Source: Pavona decussata (taxonomy: Eukaryota). Taken from it: a stretch of DNA of 64,000 nucleotides. The DNA is taken from the NCBI GenBank assembly GCA_977016875.1, contig CDRNST010000097.1, forward strand, positions 1,116,001 through 1,180,000, in the 5' to 3' direction. Below are positions 37,406-50,852 of the stretch, piece by piece. The notes beneath the pieces were generated by a model. It saw only the letters and a program-made list of their open reading frames with translations. It ran no database searches and had not been told where the DNA came from. Within the stretch, counting starts at the first letter, position 1. Every line of letters starts with the position of its first letter. Both the position numbers and the translations under genes were made by a program.

Positions 37406-39295
37406 ATCGTGGTGCAGGAGTGGTGCAGGTCTCTATTTCTGAATCAAGAGAACTTTGACAAAACAATCCAGTTTACGAATTGATAAACATTTCTATATTT
37501 TTCTAATAAACAACTCACAAGCTACACTGTTGCGTGACAACCATGAACTGGAAGTGTCTCCATAAAGATTTGTATGTTTCAATGTCTTCTTCTGCCATGA
37601 TGATTTGAAATTGGGGATAAAGACGATTTTAAGAGACTAGTTTTCGTAACTAATGTCCGTTTGCTTCCATACTTTCGCACGCAAAATAAATACTCAGAAA
37701 CGAGCACATTATATTCGAAGTCCAACAAAGCATTTTAAATGCCGTCAAATTTGGTCGGTATGTTAATTGTCCCCCTTAACTCATCCACACCTGATAAAGA
37801 GGAAACGACTTCTTTCTGGAGAGAAACGAAAAATAACTAAAACAGAACATTGTGTCAATGTCACGAAGAAGCAATAAGGACATGCTACGGCTCCTATACA
37901 TTTGGTATTTCTGGGCGTTTTCCATTTACCAAGATACTCCGGAAATTCCGGTTGGGTTGTAAATTGAACATGCTTTTTTGGGTTCGTTCCACTGAAAAAT
38001 TTCCGGAAAGAATGGAACTTGTGAAAGGTAGTCCTTTTCCCGTTGGAAACTTTTCCGATGGAACTGCGTGTTCCATTTATAAGTTTCACCAGGTTTGACT
38101 AGTTCCAGGCTGTTCACGACCATATCTTCGGTATTTCAATTTTCGAAGATTGTAGCTGCGCATGTGGAAGCTTCAGACATATTTTACATCTTTCTCCTGC
38201 AACTTACTCTGGTTCATAAGGTTATCTTCATTGACAGAGCCATCGAAATCGCACTGATCCTTGGTTAATTAAAAGTAGTTTCTTAAAAAGATTACCGGAT
38301 AATTAGAAGTTTTGTATTTACTAAGAGCAAGTTAGAGAGGAACCGTCTCTTGCATCTGCATCTAACAATTAGAAATATGGTGTAGAAAATTAGCTTGCAG
38401 AAAAATACTCCTCATCTCCACCTTAGAGAATCAGACGATGCGCGATCACATCAAGACGGCATATTTATCTTATGGTTCGTCGAATTTAGCGCCATCTAAC
38501 GCGCAAATTAGATTGGCGGGAAAACGAAAACCTTTAGAAAGCTACTTTTTCCTTTTCCGTTTGTTTCCTGACGGTCGATGTTTAGCCAGGTTCCTGGAAA
38601 GATCAGAGGATGTTTTCGTCTCCAATTGACTGTGTGTTTCCACGGAAGGCAAGCTTACTATTCAGAAAGACTTCATTACTAAACGACAATAGACAGGAGC
38701 TAACAATCGGCACTTTACTATACTGTTAATAGATTGCCGCTTTCAAACTCAGGAATTCGATCAAAGCAACCGTCACTCAACCTAATTAATTTTAACACCT
38801 CTACACGGCTCCTCGTATTGTCAAGGCATTAACTGTATCTAAACCGAATTTATTGTCTATTTTCAATTGCCGGGAGGAGGAGATTGGGCCATACATAACA
38901 TACATAACTCTAAGAATGAAAAGCTATAGCTATGACAATGACACTGAGAGGAGAAATAGTTTGTCCAAAGAGGTTTCCTTTGAAGTCATGATTGGATCAA
39001 CGATATTGGACTATTCAGGAATGATCCAATTCTGAATTTGAAACGTGTCTGTCGAAATTTGATTGCCATGTCAACATTCAATGTACACTAACCCACCACA
39101 CCACACCAGCGGCATTTGCTCAAATATTAAGATAGTCATAACTGTGGAAAGCTCGAGCTGGCTGAATTCGCCCACTTATAGATGTTTGACAGATCCTAAT
39201 GGAGGAACATAAGTGGCACTAAAGATTCTTTATTTTTGGCCTTACTCTGTTGTTCTGAGTGTAGCTATCTTATGAACATTATACTTTAATCCTAG

Positions 39296-39667
39296 AAAGC
39301 CATGATTGGCCATGGTTTCCCAGGCATACCAGGATCAAATGGCATGCCGGGAATGCCAGGTGTCCCAGGGTCTCAAGGGCCACAGGGAAGAGAAGGAGCT
39401 AAAGGACAAATTGGTAACAAGGGCGCTCAAGGAATGATGGGTTCAAAAGGGGACAGAGGCACCGAAGGGCCTCGTGGAAAGAGTGGGCTTCCAGGAATGA
39501 CGGGAATGAAAGGAGAGCGGGGAGTGATGGGAACTCAAGGAAGAAAAGGAGACAAAGGAGAGAAAGGAGAAAATGTGAAAGGAAGTCCAGCAAGTGGAGT
39601 GCCACAAACAAACTGGAAACAGTGCGTGTGGAAAAGCTACGACAACAGAGATACCGGGAAGATTAAG
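39296..39667 (+). CDS. CTHRC1: CTHRC1-like copy D, coding exon 2
   Basis: cctag acceptor, GT donor at 39668; 372 nt of Gly-X-Y run plus [10 protein letters not shown]. Confidence 0.92.
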
Positions 39668-40424
39668 GTAACTAAAAACACGCTGAATTAGAGAGTAGAA
39701 ATATATGACGTGTTCACTTTATTGTATCAAATGAATGTAATTGAACTTATTATTGACGGCAGGTTTGCAAGGATTTACGTAAATTTTATTTCCAAGTTTT
39801 GTGTAAACTTTATTTACCTTTTCGTAGGAAATATAATTGCTTTCTTATATATGGTTGCTCAACAGGGTTACTTTTTTTGATTATTAAATATCAAATTGTT
39901 ATTAAATTAAAGCTAGTGCTTTGCACGATTTATGAAAACATCCTTGTTTAAGATCATTTTTCATCTTTTTTCTGTCTCTATTTATTTTCGAGTGCGGACT
40001 ATTTTCTGCTGCAGTTTACTTCTAACGGTAACATTTATATTTTTTGTCTTGTTTTGTTAGTTCGTTTGTTTGCCTTTGTGTCTACATCCGATATCCGAGG
40101 GTAATGCGTAACTAAGTTTGAACACAGGCAGCCCGAGCTTGCGTCACTAAAGAGCGTCTAACAATTGCGTTCGACGCTAGGAGAAGGCATACTATTCGTG
40201 TCGCTTCTTTCTGGGTGCTGTGCGATTTCAGGGTTTGGACGCCATCTTGCACTGGCTGATCACTCGCCTCAATTTCAAGCGAGAGCTTTGAATCCTGCTG
40301 GCTAAATGAAGTCCTGCGGATTGACTCGCTTCAGTCTGGATGCAGGATGCCGTGCGATTTTCAAAAAAATATATTACTTTACTAGAGATCGAACGCACTT
40401 AACTAATACATACGTATACTAGTT

Positions 40425-40438
40425 AATTACAATTATTG

Positions 40439-40473
<35 letters not shown>

Positions 40474-41625
40474 AAACGAGGCGCGAAGCGCCGAGTTGGC
40501 TATAACTAATCTCATATCCAACAAGCGCGAATGGAATAATTGTTTTATTAAATTCTCCGCGTTTGGACATTGCAGTTGAAGTTAACTGAATTTTTATATT
40601 TTAAGAAAAAATTTCTTTGAAATTTAAACGACCGGATGTTGAGGCAACCTCCGACCAAAGCGCGCGAAACCCAATGATCACATAACACGCGCAGCGCTTT
40701 GCAAACGGAGTTGAATGAAAAAGCGAAAGCGAAGAAAATCGGACATAGTCGGACATCTAAAATTCAAGAAACGTTTAACTGTACGAATTATAACCTTTCC
40801 GAGACTAGCATTCAAGTGCTTTTGAAGTTCCAGCTCATCGAGAAGCGTAATAGTTGTGCACATTTGAGCAAATGTTCTGCTGTGTGGTGCCGAGCGAAGG
40901 AAGAGATCAGGGCAAGGACGGCTTTTTTCATGCTGAGCTGAATTCCTCGCGAACGATTTAAAACACTTCAGGCAAGTTCAAGTGTACGAGGTACAACCTC
41001 ACTGAGACAAGCATTCAGTGCAAGTTTTTAAACTTCAAGCTTATTTGAGAAGCGTAAGAGCTGTGCACATTAGTGCAAATGTTTTGCTAAGTGGTGCCGA
41101 GCGACGGAAACGAACATTATGGCCGCCGCTCGTACAGATTTCATAGATGAACCATCTGAAGTCCTCGTAAATTCGTAAAGACATAAAGGCAGGCATGAAG
41201 CTCTTCCTGAGAAATTTCTTCAATTAACTTTAACCTCTTACCGTCAGGATTTGCAAGCCATCCTGAAATTTTTGAAGGTAGCCGGTTGTTATTGTTGTTG
41301 TTATGTGATCTAAAAAATCGTAAAATCTTGCAATTTTGAAGATTTTAAATGAAACTTCATTAAATAGTGTCATACCAAACTTTGTGGCTTTTTTTGTTGT
41401 TATATGGAGATGGCATTGTTTGGTACTTCTTTCTTTTCCTTTTATTTTTCTACATTTTTCCGAAGAAACTTTTGCTTCCCGCCGAAAAACAATTTAGCTT
41501 GGCGACACCTGGGGCTTTCGTTTTCCATATAAGGTCAAACTACGGTATATGAGCTGATAACCGAGATTTAGTGAACCAATCAGAACGCTAGAGATGTAAT
41601 ATCCGAGGCTGAGAATTTAATAATG
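40425..41625. mobile_element. Non-autonomous element with terminal hairpin (Crypton-like family, tentative)
   Basis: Hairpin gcgcgttggatatgag...ctcatatccaacaagcgcg; related sequence in reverse orientation at about 31380-31490 and 45890-46000. Confidence 0.45.
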
Positions 41626-42331
41626 ACTGTTAGTGCGAATAGTCACCGGAAATGAGCTATTGATTATTGCGAATACAATTTAGATCTACACTTATTGGTC
41701 ATTATTGCAACGTTTTCACTGTCTTCATCTTTATAGTGATTTAGTACTGATTCGAGTTTTCTTTCGCACGGGAAAATGGAGCTGGCGGAGATACCGCTGC
41801 GGAGATGGGGTAAGTATTTAAAGATCGAAATCGACAACATTTTATTCCCCATACAAAGTCTTAATAACGAGCTAAGAAATTAAATTCCAAACGGTCGCTT
41901 GTAACCCAATACTGCTTGCACTCAAAGGTCATTGACCCACCAGCAGTTAATTATTTCACGCTCTCTAGTGACGAGGAGCTTGGGCTGTCTGCGGTCTGAA
42001 CATTCAATTCAAATCTCTTCCTGCGTTTAGTGGGTGGCATACCCGGCTGAGAGGTTTAATTTGAGACGGATTGTGATGTGTGCAGATGTGAATTCATTAT
42101 TGAAATGTTAAGCATTACAAATTATTGTGTCAAGAGACGTAGTTTAGTGCTCAGACGTAAACTTGATCTAGGGTGAAAATTGTCATATTCTACCATAAAC
42201 AGCCGGCATTTTTTTTTTTTTTGGAAACTTAGTCTTAGTGAAGACAAACCATTTGGCGATTTAATGAGGGGCAAAAATTGCTGGAAGAACCCGCTTTCGA
42301 ATTACAACATTAATAACTTAATCAGCCCCAA

Positions 42332-43580
42332 TCAGAAAAAATCAAAACTGTACATGTGTCGGCTCTTACGGTATCTTGCGAGTAGAAGAACCAGATCAAT
42401 TGCTGTATAAGTAGGAACATTTGACAGCCCCATCAAATGGAGATCTGTGAAGACAAAGTCACTTCCAAGGCCCTTTTGAAAAAGGAATTGTTTAACATCG
42501 TTCCAAAAACCTTGTGTTATGTAACAGTGCAGAAAAAGATGAATAATAGTTTCTGTTTCTTGTTCACAGAAGCAACATTTATCTGATTGAACAAGGTTGA
42601 TTTTCTTTAGAAAATCATTCGTTGCAATCCTTCGATGTAAGAACTTAAAATGGAAGGTTCTTAATAAGGTAGAAAGCGTACAGTTAAAGGCAATTGTGTA
42701 TGCTATCTTCCAATTACCATCACAGTCATTATGACCACGCAGGTCTCTGCGCCACTTTTCTTGGCTCCGGATGGGTGGGGGATTTTTTTTCTTCAAAAGA
42801 GAAGTATAGATAAAATTATTGACCTTACGTTCAGTGAAAGTCACTCCTTTCACAGTTTCATTGGCACGCATCGGAGTACTATGAAGCTTCCTCATAAAGG
42901 TTTTTACAGATGATAGATCTCCAGAGAATTCTAATCATTTCAGTTCTTGAGAAGCGGTCCTCAATTCGTCATACCTAAAGAGGGTACCATTCTCGGCTTG
43001 TAAGTGAGAAATTTTGCTGATACCGTGGCTTGACCAATGCTTATAGAAAACGGGCCGGTCATTTATTTGAATTAGGGAATTGTACCAGATGATCTGATCA
43101 CCAATGTTTCACTATTAATAGTCGCGACGTCAGAGAAATGTAGCTCCGCCCAGGTTTCTAGGACCTCACGGACAAATGGGTTACTTATCCCTAATATAGG
43201 GATGTCTTCTTTATGGAGGTTATATGAGAAAATTGCCTCACCTCCATGTTTCTTTTAACTGTCATCAAAGATAAATTTCCCTTTTCCCCTGTTTGTCTGA
43301 TCAAGGTTGTTTGATCCAGGAGACTTTAAGAGATTGATTGAACACGTTAATATCGGTCATCTTCAGGCCACCCTTATCGTAGTCCTTGGCTATGACAGTT
43401 CTTTCAATCTTGTCGCCTTTACCGTTCCAAAGAAAATCGAAAAGGAGTTTATTGACCTTTCGTAATGCCTCCTTGGAGGTGGGTAGAGGTGTTCGAATAT
43501 AGACAAATTGGGAAACCAGAAGACTTTTAATGAGAGTTATTTTGCCAATCAAAGTAAGCCTTCTGAACTGCCATAATTCG
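42332..43580 (-). mobile_element. L1/Tx1-like LINE ORF2 fragment
   Basis: GKITLIKSL..SQ, FLWNGK..GGL, FKFLHRRIATN..CCFC..ETIIHLFLHC (zf-RVT). Confidence 0.8.
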
Positions 43581-43739
43581 TTTACAATTAGTGATTATAT
43601 TAGTGATCAAGTGTATCCAAACTCCTTCTTCTTCGATCCTGTCACTTCTTTTGAAATTGAATTTGAGGTATCAGTTATCATCACCTCTGAACAAAGGATA
43701 TGGGCTTGTACTCTTGCCCTATTCGTATTTTAAAAGGTG

Positions 43740-44920
43740 CCAAACACATTTTATCTGACATCCTAGCTAATATAATAAATTTGTCGGTGCAAACCGGTGA
43801 TTATCCCTCCAAATTAAAGCATGCGAAAATAATTCCAGTGTTCAAGACAGGTGACGAAACTGAGCCAGGCAACTACTGACCGATCTCATTACTCTCTGTG
43901 TTCAATTGATTACGACGTAAACTTAATATTATCTGATAACAACTTGAAGAAAAAGACCTCTCTCGAACATAAAAACTACGTAAAATATTTAGGTATTCTG
44001 GTTGGCAGTAACCTCTCCTGGCGATACTACATAGACTTTATTTCATCGAAAATAAGTCAAGGTGTTGGGATCATTTCGAGGCTTAGGCATTTTCTGCCTA
44101 CAAGTACCCTTTTCATAATCTATCGTTCCTTAATTGAACCTTACATCTCTTATGGATTAGCTGCCTGGGGACAAGCTACCGCTTCTCATCTAAACAAAAT
44201 TCTTCTGCTGCAAAAACGAGCCCTTCGTCTGATGTACTTTTCTGATAGTAGAACTCACGCCATCCCTCTGTTTGTCAGTTCAAGTCTTTTGTCTCTGATT
44301 ATGCTCTATTTTAAACATATTGCTACTCTAATGCATGATATTTTTAGCCATTGTGCTCCTCCAAAAATCTCTGAACTGTTCACTCGTTCTGACCAGATCC
44401 ATTCTCACTACACTAGATTTTCAGCGTCGCGTAATTTTCATGTTCAACTTTCAAGACTCAACCAACAGCTGCTGTCCTTTTCTAGAATTGGAACGAGAAT
44501 TTGGAATAAAATTCCTCCTCAACTACGTGAGTTACGTAAAACACTTTTCAAGCGTAAACTGCATGAATTGCTCTTAAAGGTTTTGGAGACTGAGGAGGTG
44601 TATGTTGATATAAACGCTGTTACTCGAATCAATCTTATGTCACTACTCAGTTAGCTTACATTTAACTTTCTAAATAACAATTAGTCATTTAGGTGATTTA
44701 TTTATTCATTTATTTTCCTATTTAATTCTTTTTCTCTTTGTTTAATGAATCTATTTTGTGTCGTTAATATTTTTGTTTTTCCTTTTGAGCATGTTAACAA
44801 CTATCAATGCTACCCACCTCGAATAGCCCTTGATAATGGTGGATAACTAATATTGTAAAAAGTGTCTTCTCTTATAATAAATTGTTGTTGTTGTTGTTGT
44901 TGTTGTTATTGTTGTTGTTG
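43740..44920 (+). mobile_element. CR1/L2-group LINE 3' fragment, internally deleted, with (TTG)n tail
   Basis: VKYLGILV..NLSW..YI, IYRSLIEPYISYG..WG, LQKRALRLM, IWNKIP; tail at 44882-44920. Confidence 0.8.
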
Positions 44921-45019
44921 TACAACACATTTACACTGTATTTTATTCTAATTTAAGTGTTATGTCAACCAGTGACATGAGGGATAACTTTACTATGTGC
45001 TGTTGGATCTTAATTCCAG

Positions 45020-45382
45020 GACTGCTCATTTAACAAGCTCCAAGCTGACACAGCACTGAAAGTCTCATTCCAGGGAAACATGGGAGTCTATAACGCTGGT
45101 TATAAGTGCAACCGCTGGTTTTTCAAGTTTAATGGTAGCGAATGCAGTGGACCAATGACGATTGAAGCTATCGTGTACAACGATTGGCCATCCTCTGCTG
45201 GGAATCCCCAACTGCTTCATCACAAATCATTTGAGGGCTACTGTGAGAACATCCCACAGGGCGCAGCTAGAGTGGAATTATGGGTAGGAAAGTGTGGTGG
45301 TGTAACCTTGGGTGATGCCGACACTGGATGGAATTCAGTATCCCGGATAATCATCGAAGAAGTTTCTACGCCCCAGTCCTAA
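45020..45382 (+). CDS. CTHRC1: CTHRC1-like copy D, last coding exon
   Basis: ttccag acceptor, phase 0, intact domain ending EEVSTPQS*. Confidence 0.92.
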   Translation, partial: DCSFNKLQADTALKVSFQGNMGVYNAGYKCNRWFFKFNGSECSGPMTIEAIVYNDWPSSAGNPQLLHHKSFEGYCENIPQGAARVELWVGKCGGVTLGDADTGWNSVSRIIIEEVSTPQS

Positions 45383-46173
45383 AGGACAACTGTTGAAACT
45401 ATTCTTGTTAAACTAGTGTTCTCAGTGGTAAAAGTAATCTTCAGTTGGTCAGTAAAACTGTTGTCTGCAACAAGCTGCATTAAAAGATTCCATATTTGTC
45501 TCTCTTGTAGAATTGAAGAGTAATTCCAATTAGGTGGGCAATTTGCATTGTAAGGATTAAAGAAAGCTAGTAATGTCATACTAACATCTCTTCTTATCAG
45601 ACAGTAATAATTGTAATTGCTGATTTAACTGTATTCGTTACCATTAAAATGTAATGGATCATTGGATAATGTAATTCCACTGAGAATTTTACTGATATAG
45701 CGGCCATGGAATATCAGCTATTATTAAAAACTGGATCGCTGTGTCAATTCAAGGGATTTGATTCGCTTATTATATCGGCCACGATATATATACCATGCCC
45801 GAAAAATGCGACCATTAAATTGTCTTCTGTTTTTACTTGCAAAGCAAAATCAGCAAGAATCTAGTAATATTTCTTGATTGCTTTTAATAAAACAATTATT
45901 TCATATGAGATGATGATACCAACTCGCGCGGCACAACGCGCCTCTTTGGATAGCTATCATCTCATATCCAACGCGCACTCTTGGAATAATTGTTAATTAT
46001 ACCATGCCTCTCCAGCCCCCCTCCCCCCCCCCCCCCCCCAAATGTGGTTATTAAACTGCCTCCTAGTAGTTCTTGTGACGAGAAATCAGCAGAACTAGCA
46101 ATATAGTTAGTTGCTATTAATTCAGAACAACTGTTGCAGTTCTGCTTGTACCCGCTTCCTTTGGTACCTCATT

Positions 46174-46560
46174 GTAAGTAAGTAAGTAAGTAAGTAAGTA
46201 AAGTAAGTAAGTTTATTAACGTGACTAAACACTTAGCTAACCAGCTACTTTACAGGAATAGTCACAAAATAAAATAGTAATAATAATAATAAAAGGAAAA
46301 AGTAATGAAAATGATAAATGAAAATACTGAAAAAGATGAGAAAGATACTATTTACAATGTTTCTAAGATTATTGAATATATAGTATAAAATTGTATAAAA
46401 TGTTTTAAAATATATCAGCATTTGATTACAACATGTAGCGGCCGGCCAAATCCGTATCTAATATCTGTTTCTTGAACAGTTTGTAAGAGTCCGCTTTTCG
46501 GTATTCATTCGGTAGTTTATTCCACAGGTTGGCTCCTTCGTATCTGAGTGATTTGTACGT
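46174..46560 (-). mobile_element. Short LINE (CR1/L2-group) 3' end with (TTAC)n tail
   Basis: Minus strand KSLRYEGANLWNKLPNEYR; (GTAA)n at about 46174-46212. Confidence 0.65.
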
Positions 46561-46674
46561 GATAAAGGTCCAACATAATTTTTAACAAGCTAACAGCAAC
46601 AGTACAAGAGATATCATAGCAGTTATTTCAGAAGCCGAGTCGTTTAAGGAACTGACGGTATATTGCAAAATTAA

Positions 46675-49600
46675 GAGCGACTCTCTATAGGGACCGAGTG
46701 AGATTGAAAAAATGTGGCACAAGGTTGGAAAAATGGACCCCTTGATATTTCGTCCAGAGATAACCTATGGTATGCTAAGAATCGTGATATAAGTTTTAGG
46801 TTCTACAGTTTTTACCTTTTTGAGAAAATTACGAAAAACTGTCGACAACCAATTTCATGATCAGATAATTGAACTCGCGTGAAGGCGCATAGCAAATTAT
46901 GGTTTTCCTTAGTTTATAATTTTATTTAGAAGGTATTGCTAAGCTGCTTTGATGACATTTTAGACTTAAAATTATAATTCCGAATTCCTGGAGAACAACG
47001 AAGAGAACCGAAATTTCTAGACTTTGAAAATTAAAAATCCCATACCGTTTTCAAACATCTCAAAACGTACTCGGTATTATGTAGAATTCTTTCAAAATTC
47101 AATTCTAGCAAGTAAAGGAGCTGTTTTTGAACGTGATATAATTTTTTTCTTGGCAAAAGTTATTTCTGAGACGAGCGGCCCCATGCAAGTTGACCCAATT
47201 TGACCTTTCGAAAAGATTTTGTTTAACCAAGAAATGTAAACAACATTCGACTAGCCTTAGCTCGCTTTCTGAGCAAACCACTGAGAAACCCTGCCATTTC
47301 CCATTAAAACTACCCAGTAAACCTGAGATAATACTTCGATGCCAGCTTACCTTCCAAATGGGTGTTTGAAGGCAAATAATTTTGACGCTCTCAGTTAATT
47401 TTTCTATTGCTTTCTTGTTGCCGCGCTTTATAATTTAGGGTCATATCTTGACATCGAGCTTGTACGCCGCTTCCAGGCTATGCTTGTGCAACAATTTTCC
47501 GGAAAATCAATCCATATAATCCAATATCTACCTCTCAGTGAGCAACTTCTTGATATTCGTTACGTTTCTTGTATAATAAAAAAAATTCCTAAGCGCAAGA
47601 CGTAAATCTCGGTCTAGTGAGTGTCACGCAATCTTGTCTTCGTCACTTCTGGACCAGGTGATTATTTTTTTTTCTGACGGGGGAGGGGGAAAGACGTTTT
47701 CCTATGCAAACAATTTCTTTCTCTTGTTAATGTTGCACACAATGCATTTAACGGTTCATTACATGGCCACTACAACAATTTAATTAACATTTTCCATCAT
47801 GATATCGATATAAACATACACAAGACCTTTTCATGTCTTTTGTTCCAAATATTTAATACAGTAATTCACTCAATTGCTTTCGCTCAATATACGTTTTTCT
47901 TTCAAGTTAAAACGGGACAACTTCCCGTTTTTGTCCTTCGTGCACTCACCTATTGCTCAGCTCAGTGGGTAGTAGAAAATAGCTCGTAACCACACCCTGT
48001 TCACTCTCCGTCTCCCCCTAGTCCCCTAACCCACCCTTGTGCTAACTTAGAATTTAAAGTAAGTGAAAACAAATGTATTTGGGGTAAAGGACGGCCCTTC
48101 TCATTTTTTTTTTTATTAACGGGAGGGGGGTGGGGACTGGAAGATTTTGAAAACAACATTGCGCGGGCGCAAGTGGGAAAACAAATTTCCTGCAGAGCGC
48201 AAACTTATATAAATCCCCCACAGCATCTTAGTGACATGGATTCTAAGAAGAAAGTCTATATGACAGTGCTCCCACAATTGACGTACGCTTAGGTTAGGGC
48301 TTGGCGTGGTATTTGGGTCGTGATACTGAAGAACGTATCCCTATAATTACCTTCCTCCCATCCCCCTACCCCACCCTCGTGCTAACTTTGGTCTTTACTT
48401 ATCCGCTTTGCAGAGGCATATTTGACAGTAGTCTTCAATTTTGTCTGCATAGGGCTGTTTACGTCTGATGAATACATCAACAGCAATGTCAATCCCGGCG
48501 CAAATGTCTCTTAGTTTTGCAACCGATAACTTGGTCGTGTTGAGTTTTCCTCCTGAGGTCATTTCGCATAGATTATATTTATCCCACATGATGGGGTGTC
48601 CTGGCAAAAGTTCCCGAGAAACCTCATTCGTCAATTCTTCGATGGTCGCCTCCTGGGTGGCACATTCAATCTCCTCTACAAGATCATCATCGTTAGAGAG
48701 AGACTTCTTTGCCGCAAGTCTGGAGAAGAAGCCATCGACCTGAGATGCAGTCAGAAACTTTTCACTACTGAACATCCGTTTCTTCTCCGGGTCCACGGCA
48801 GACATCATAGAGCGTGCAACTGATGCCGGATCACTTTTTCGTCCTGACCACTCACCTTGTTAAAATTTCTCAGTCAGGTACTTCTTTTGCTTGCACGTAA
48901 ATCTACTTCTACGGGAAGCACTTGACTTGAGCGCCCAACCCTTTGGTAGAAAGTTGTGAGAAGATGGTGGTTCTGCAACTGCGTCCAGCTCGGGAACAGC
49001 TTGGCATTGCCCCTCAAGCCTTTGAGCATATCCAACAGCAGCCCTATCCAGTAGAGTATATCGCTCAAGAACACGTTGGTGTTTTCCACAGTCGAAATGC
49101 CGCTGCATTGATGAATATCCCACAAATGTTTTTACACAACCCTCCTCAGGACAACTGAAGATCGCCGCGTTACTGTCTTTCTCTTCGATATTCACAGGTG
49201 GATCTGGATCTCGAACTGATGCTTTTATGCGCCTCTCCTTGACAGATGTAAATACGCTTGAGTAAGAGCGGGTAACTCCGGTAAGGGTCGGTAGGTCAGA
49301 TGGGGATGGGCAATGCAATTTGTCTGTAGGGATGAGTTTACCATCGCCGATACCATACGCCCTCCAAACTAGTAGCCCCTCTTCCTTGTACTCGACATTA
49401 CTGAGCTGACTAATACCCTCTATCTTTGAGGATAGCACCTTCGGGACTTGGACAGTCTCACACAATGCTGCGTTAACACCAGGAACTCCACCAGAAGAGA
49501 GTATCGCGTCTCTCATTTGCTCAGGCGTCTCGATATCATTTCCAGCGTTAAGATAAATCCTCATATGTGACTTTATAGTCGCAGCCTTCCGATCACATGC

Positions 49601-50802
49601 CGCCTTGCCCCCTTGTGGATCAGAAAAATCTAGACGCCTGATCTTGACACCTTCTTCATGGCCAAGGGCTGCTGCACAGACGAGAATGGTTCTGCAGTGG
49701 TAGCAGCCGGCATTATCCTGCCGATAACAGACGGTCTTGAGCCCGGGCATGGCGATCTTGAGTTGCCGAATAACATCGGCCATAACGGCAAGGACTGCGC
49801 AGCTGTCTTGAGTACAGGACTTGAAAATGTGTGCAAACGTTAGCATCTGCAACTCTTCTCCCTCTCATCTTGTGGCAACCGTTAAATGCCATGGGATCCC
49901 GCGTTTACCGAACCAGTCGGTCTGACTTTCTCTATACTTTCGGGGAAGATATTTCATTGCCCAATCTTGAACAATTAAAACAGACGATTCATCAATCGAT
50001 TCCAAAAGCTGTACTCTGGCGCCATCCTGATTGACGGAACGGAGGAGATGAAACTTCCACGCCAATATAGCGGTTTTTGTATTCTTGACTCGGAAAACAA
50101 GTTCTTCCTTCGTGTTGGATGTCATGTTTTGACTTTGCGCAATCAAACCTTCCTCGATATCATTTAGAGTTGACGCCAATGTAGCGCAGCGCTCACACAC
50201 GTCACTGTGATCGTGATCACAACTGGCCTGGAACGAAGGCTCCTTCGGGTCGCTTAAAGCGTATGACCTGCAGTGATCGGCTACTGTAGAACTCTGGGAA
50301 ACGTGGACCTGCAATAAACATTTGAAAAAAGTTAAAATTAAGAAGCGCTGCTTTAAAGAGAACTAAGTAGAAAGATTGAGAAGATTTCACATGACTGTCA
50401 GACTTGCGTCCACTTCATTTTCCTATTGATTGAGGGTCTTGGTCTGTTGTCAGTGAGCCAATCAAATGGCGAACTAAACCCAAACGCACGTTTACTCATG
50501 TCACTGCTAAACGCAAGTCAGACATACTTCGCCTCCTCATTGATTTGTTGTTTAATGGGTTCCGCTCCTGGTTGGCTTAGGAATTTTATTTGCGGTTAGT
50601 TCTACAACGGTCAAGTGAAATCCGCTCTAACATTTTGTTATCATATGTTCCTTCACACACATAAGTTAAGTTAGTTAGTTTAATTTTATATGTAAAATTG
50701 GATTTGATTTTCCTATTGTTATTATTCATTAGTATTATATACAGGTACATATGTAAGGCGCATTTGAAAACTGTATAGTTGAATTTGCGCCATATAAATA
50801 AA

Positions 50803-50852
<50 letters not shown>

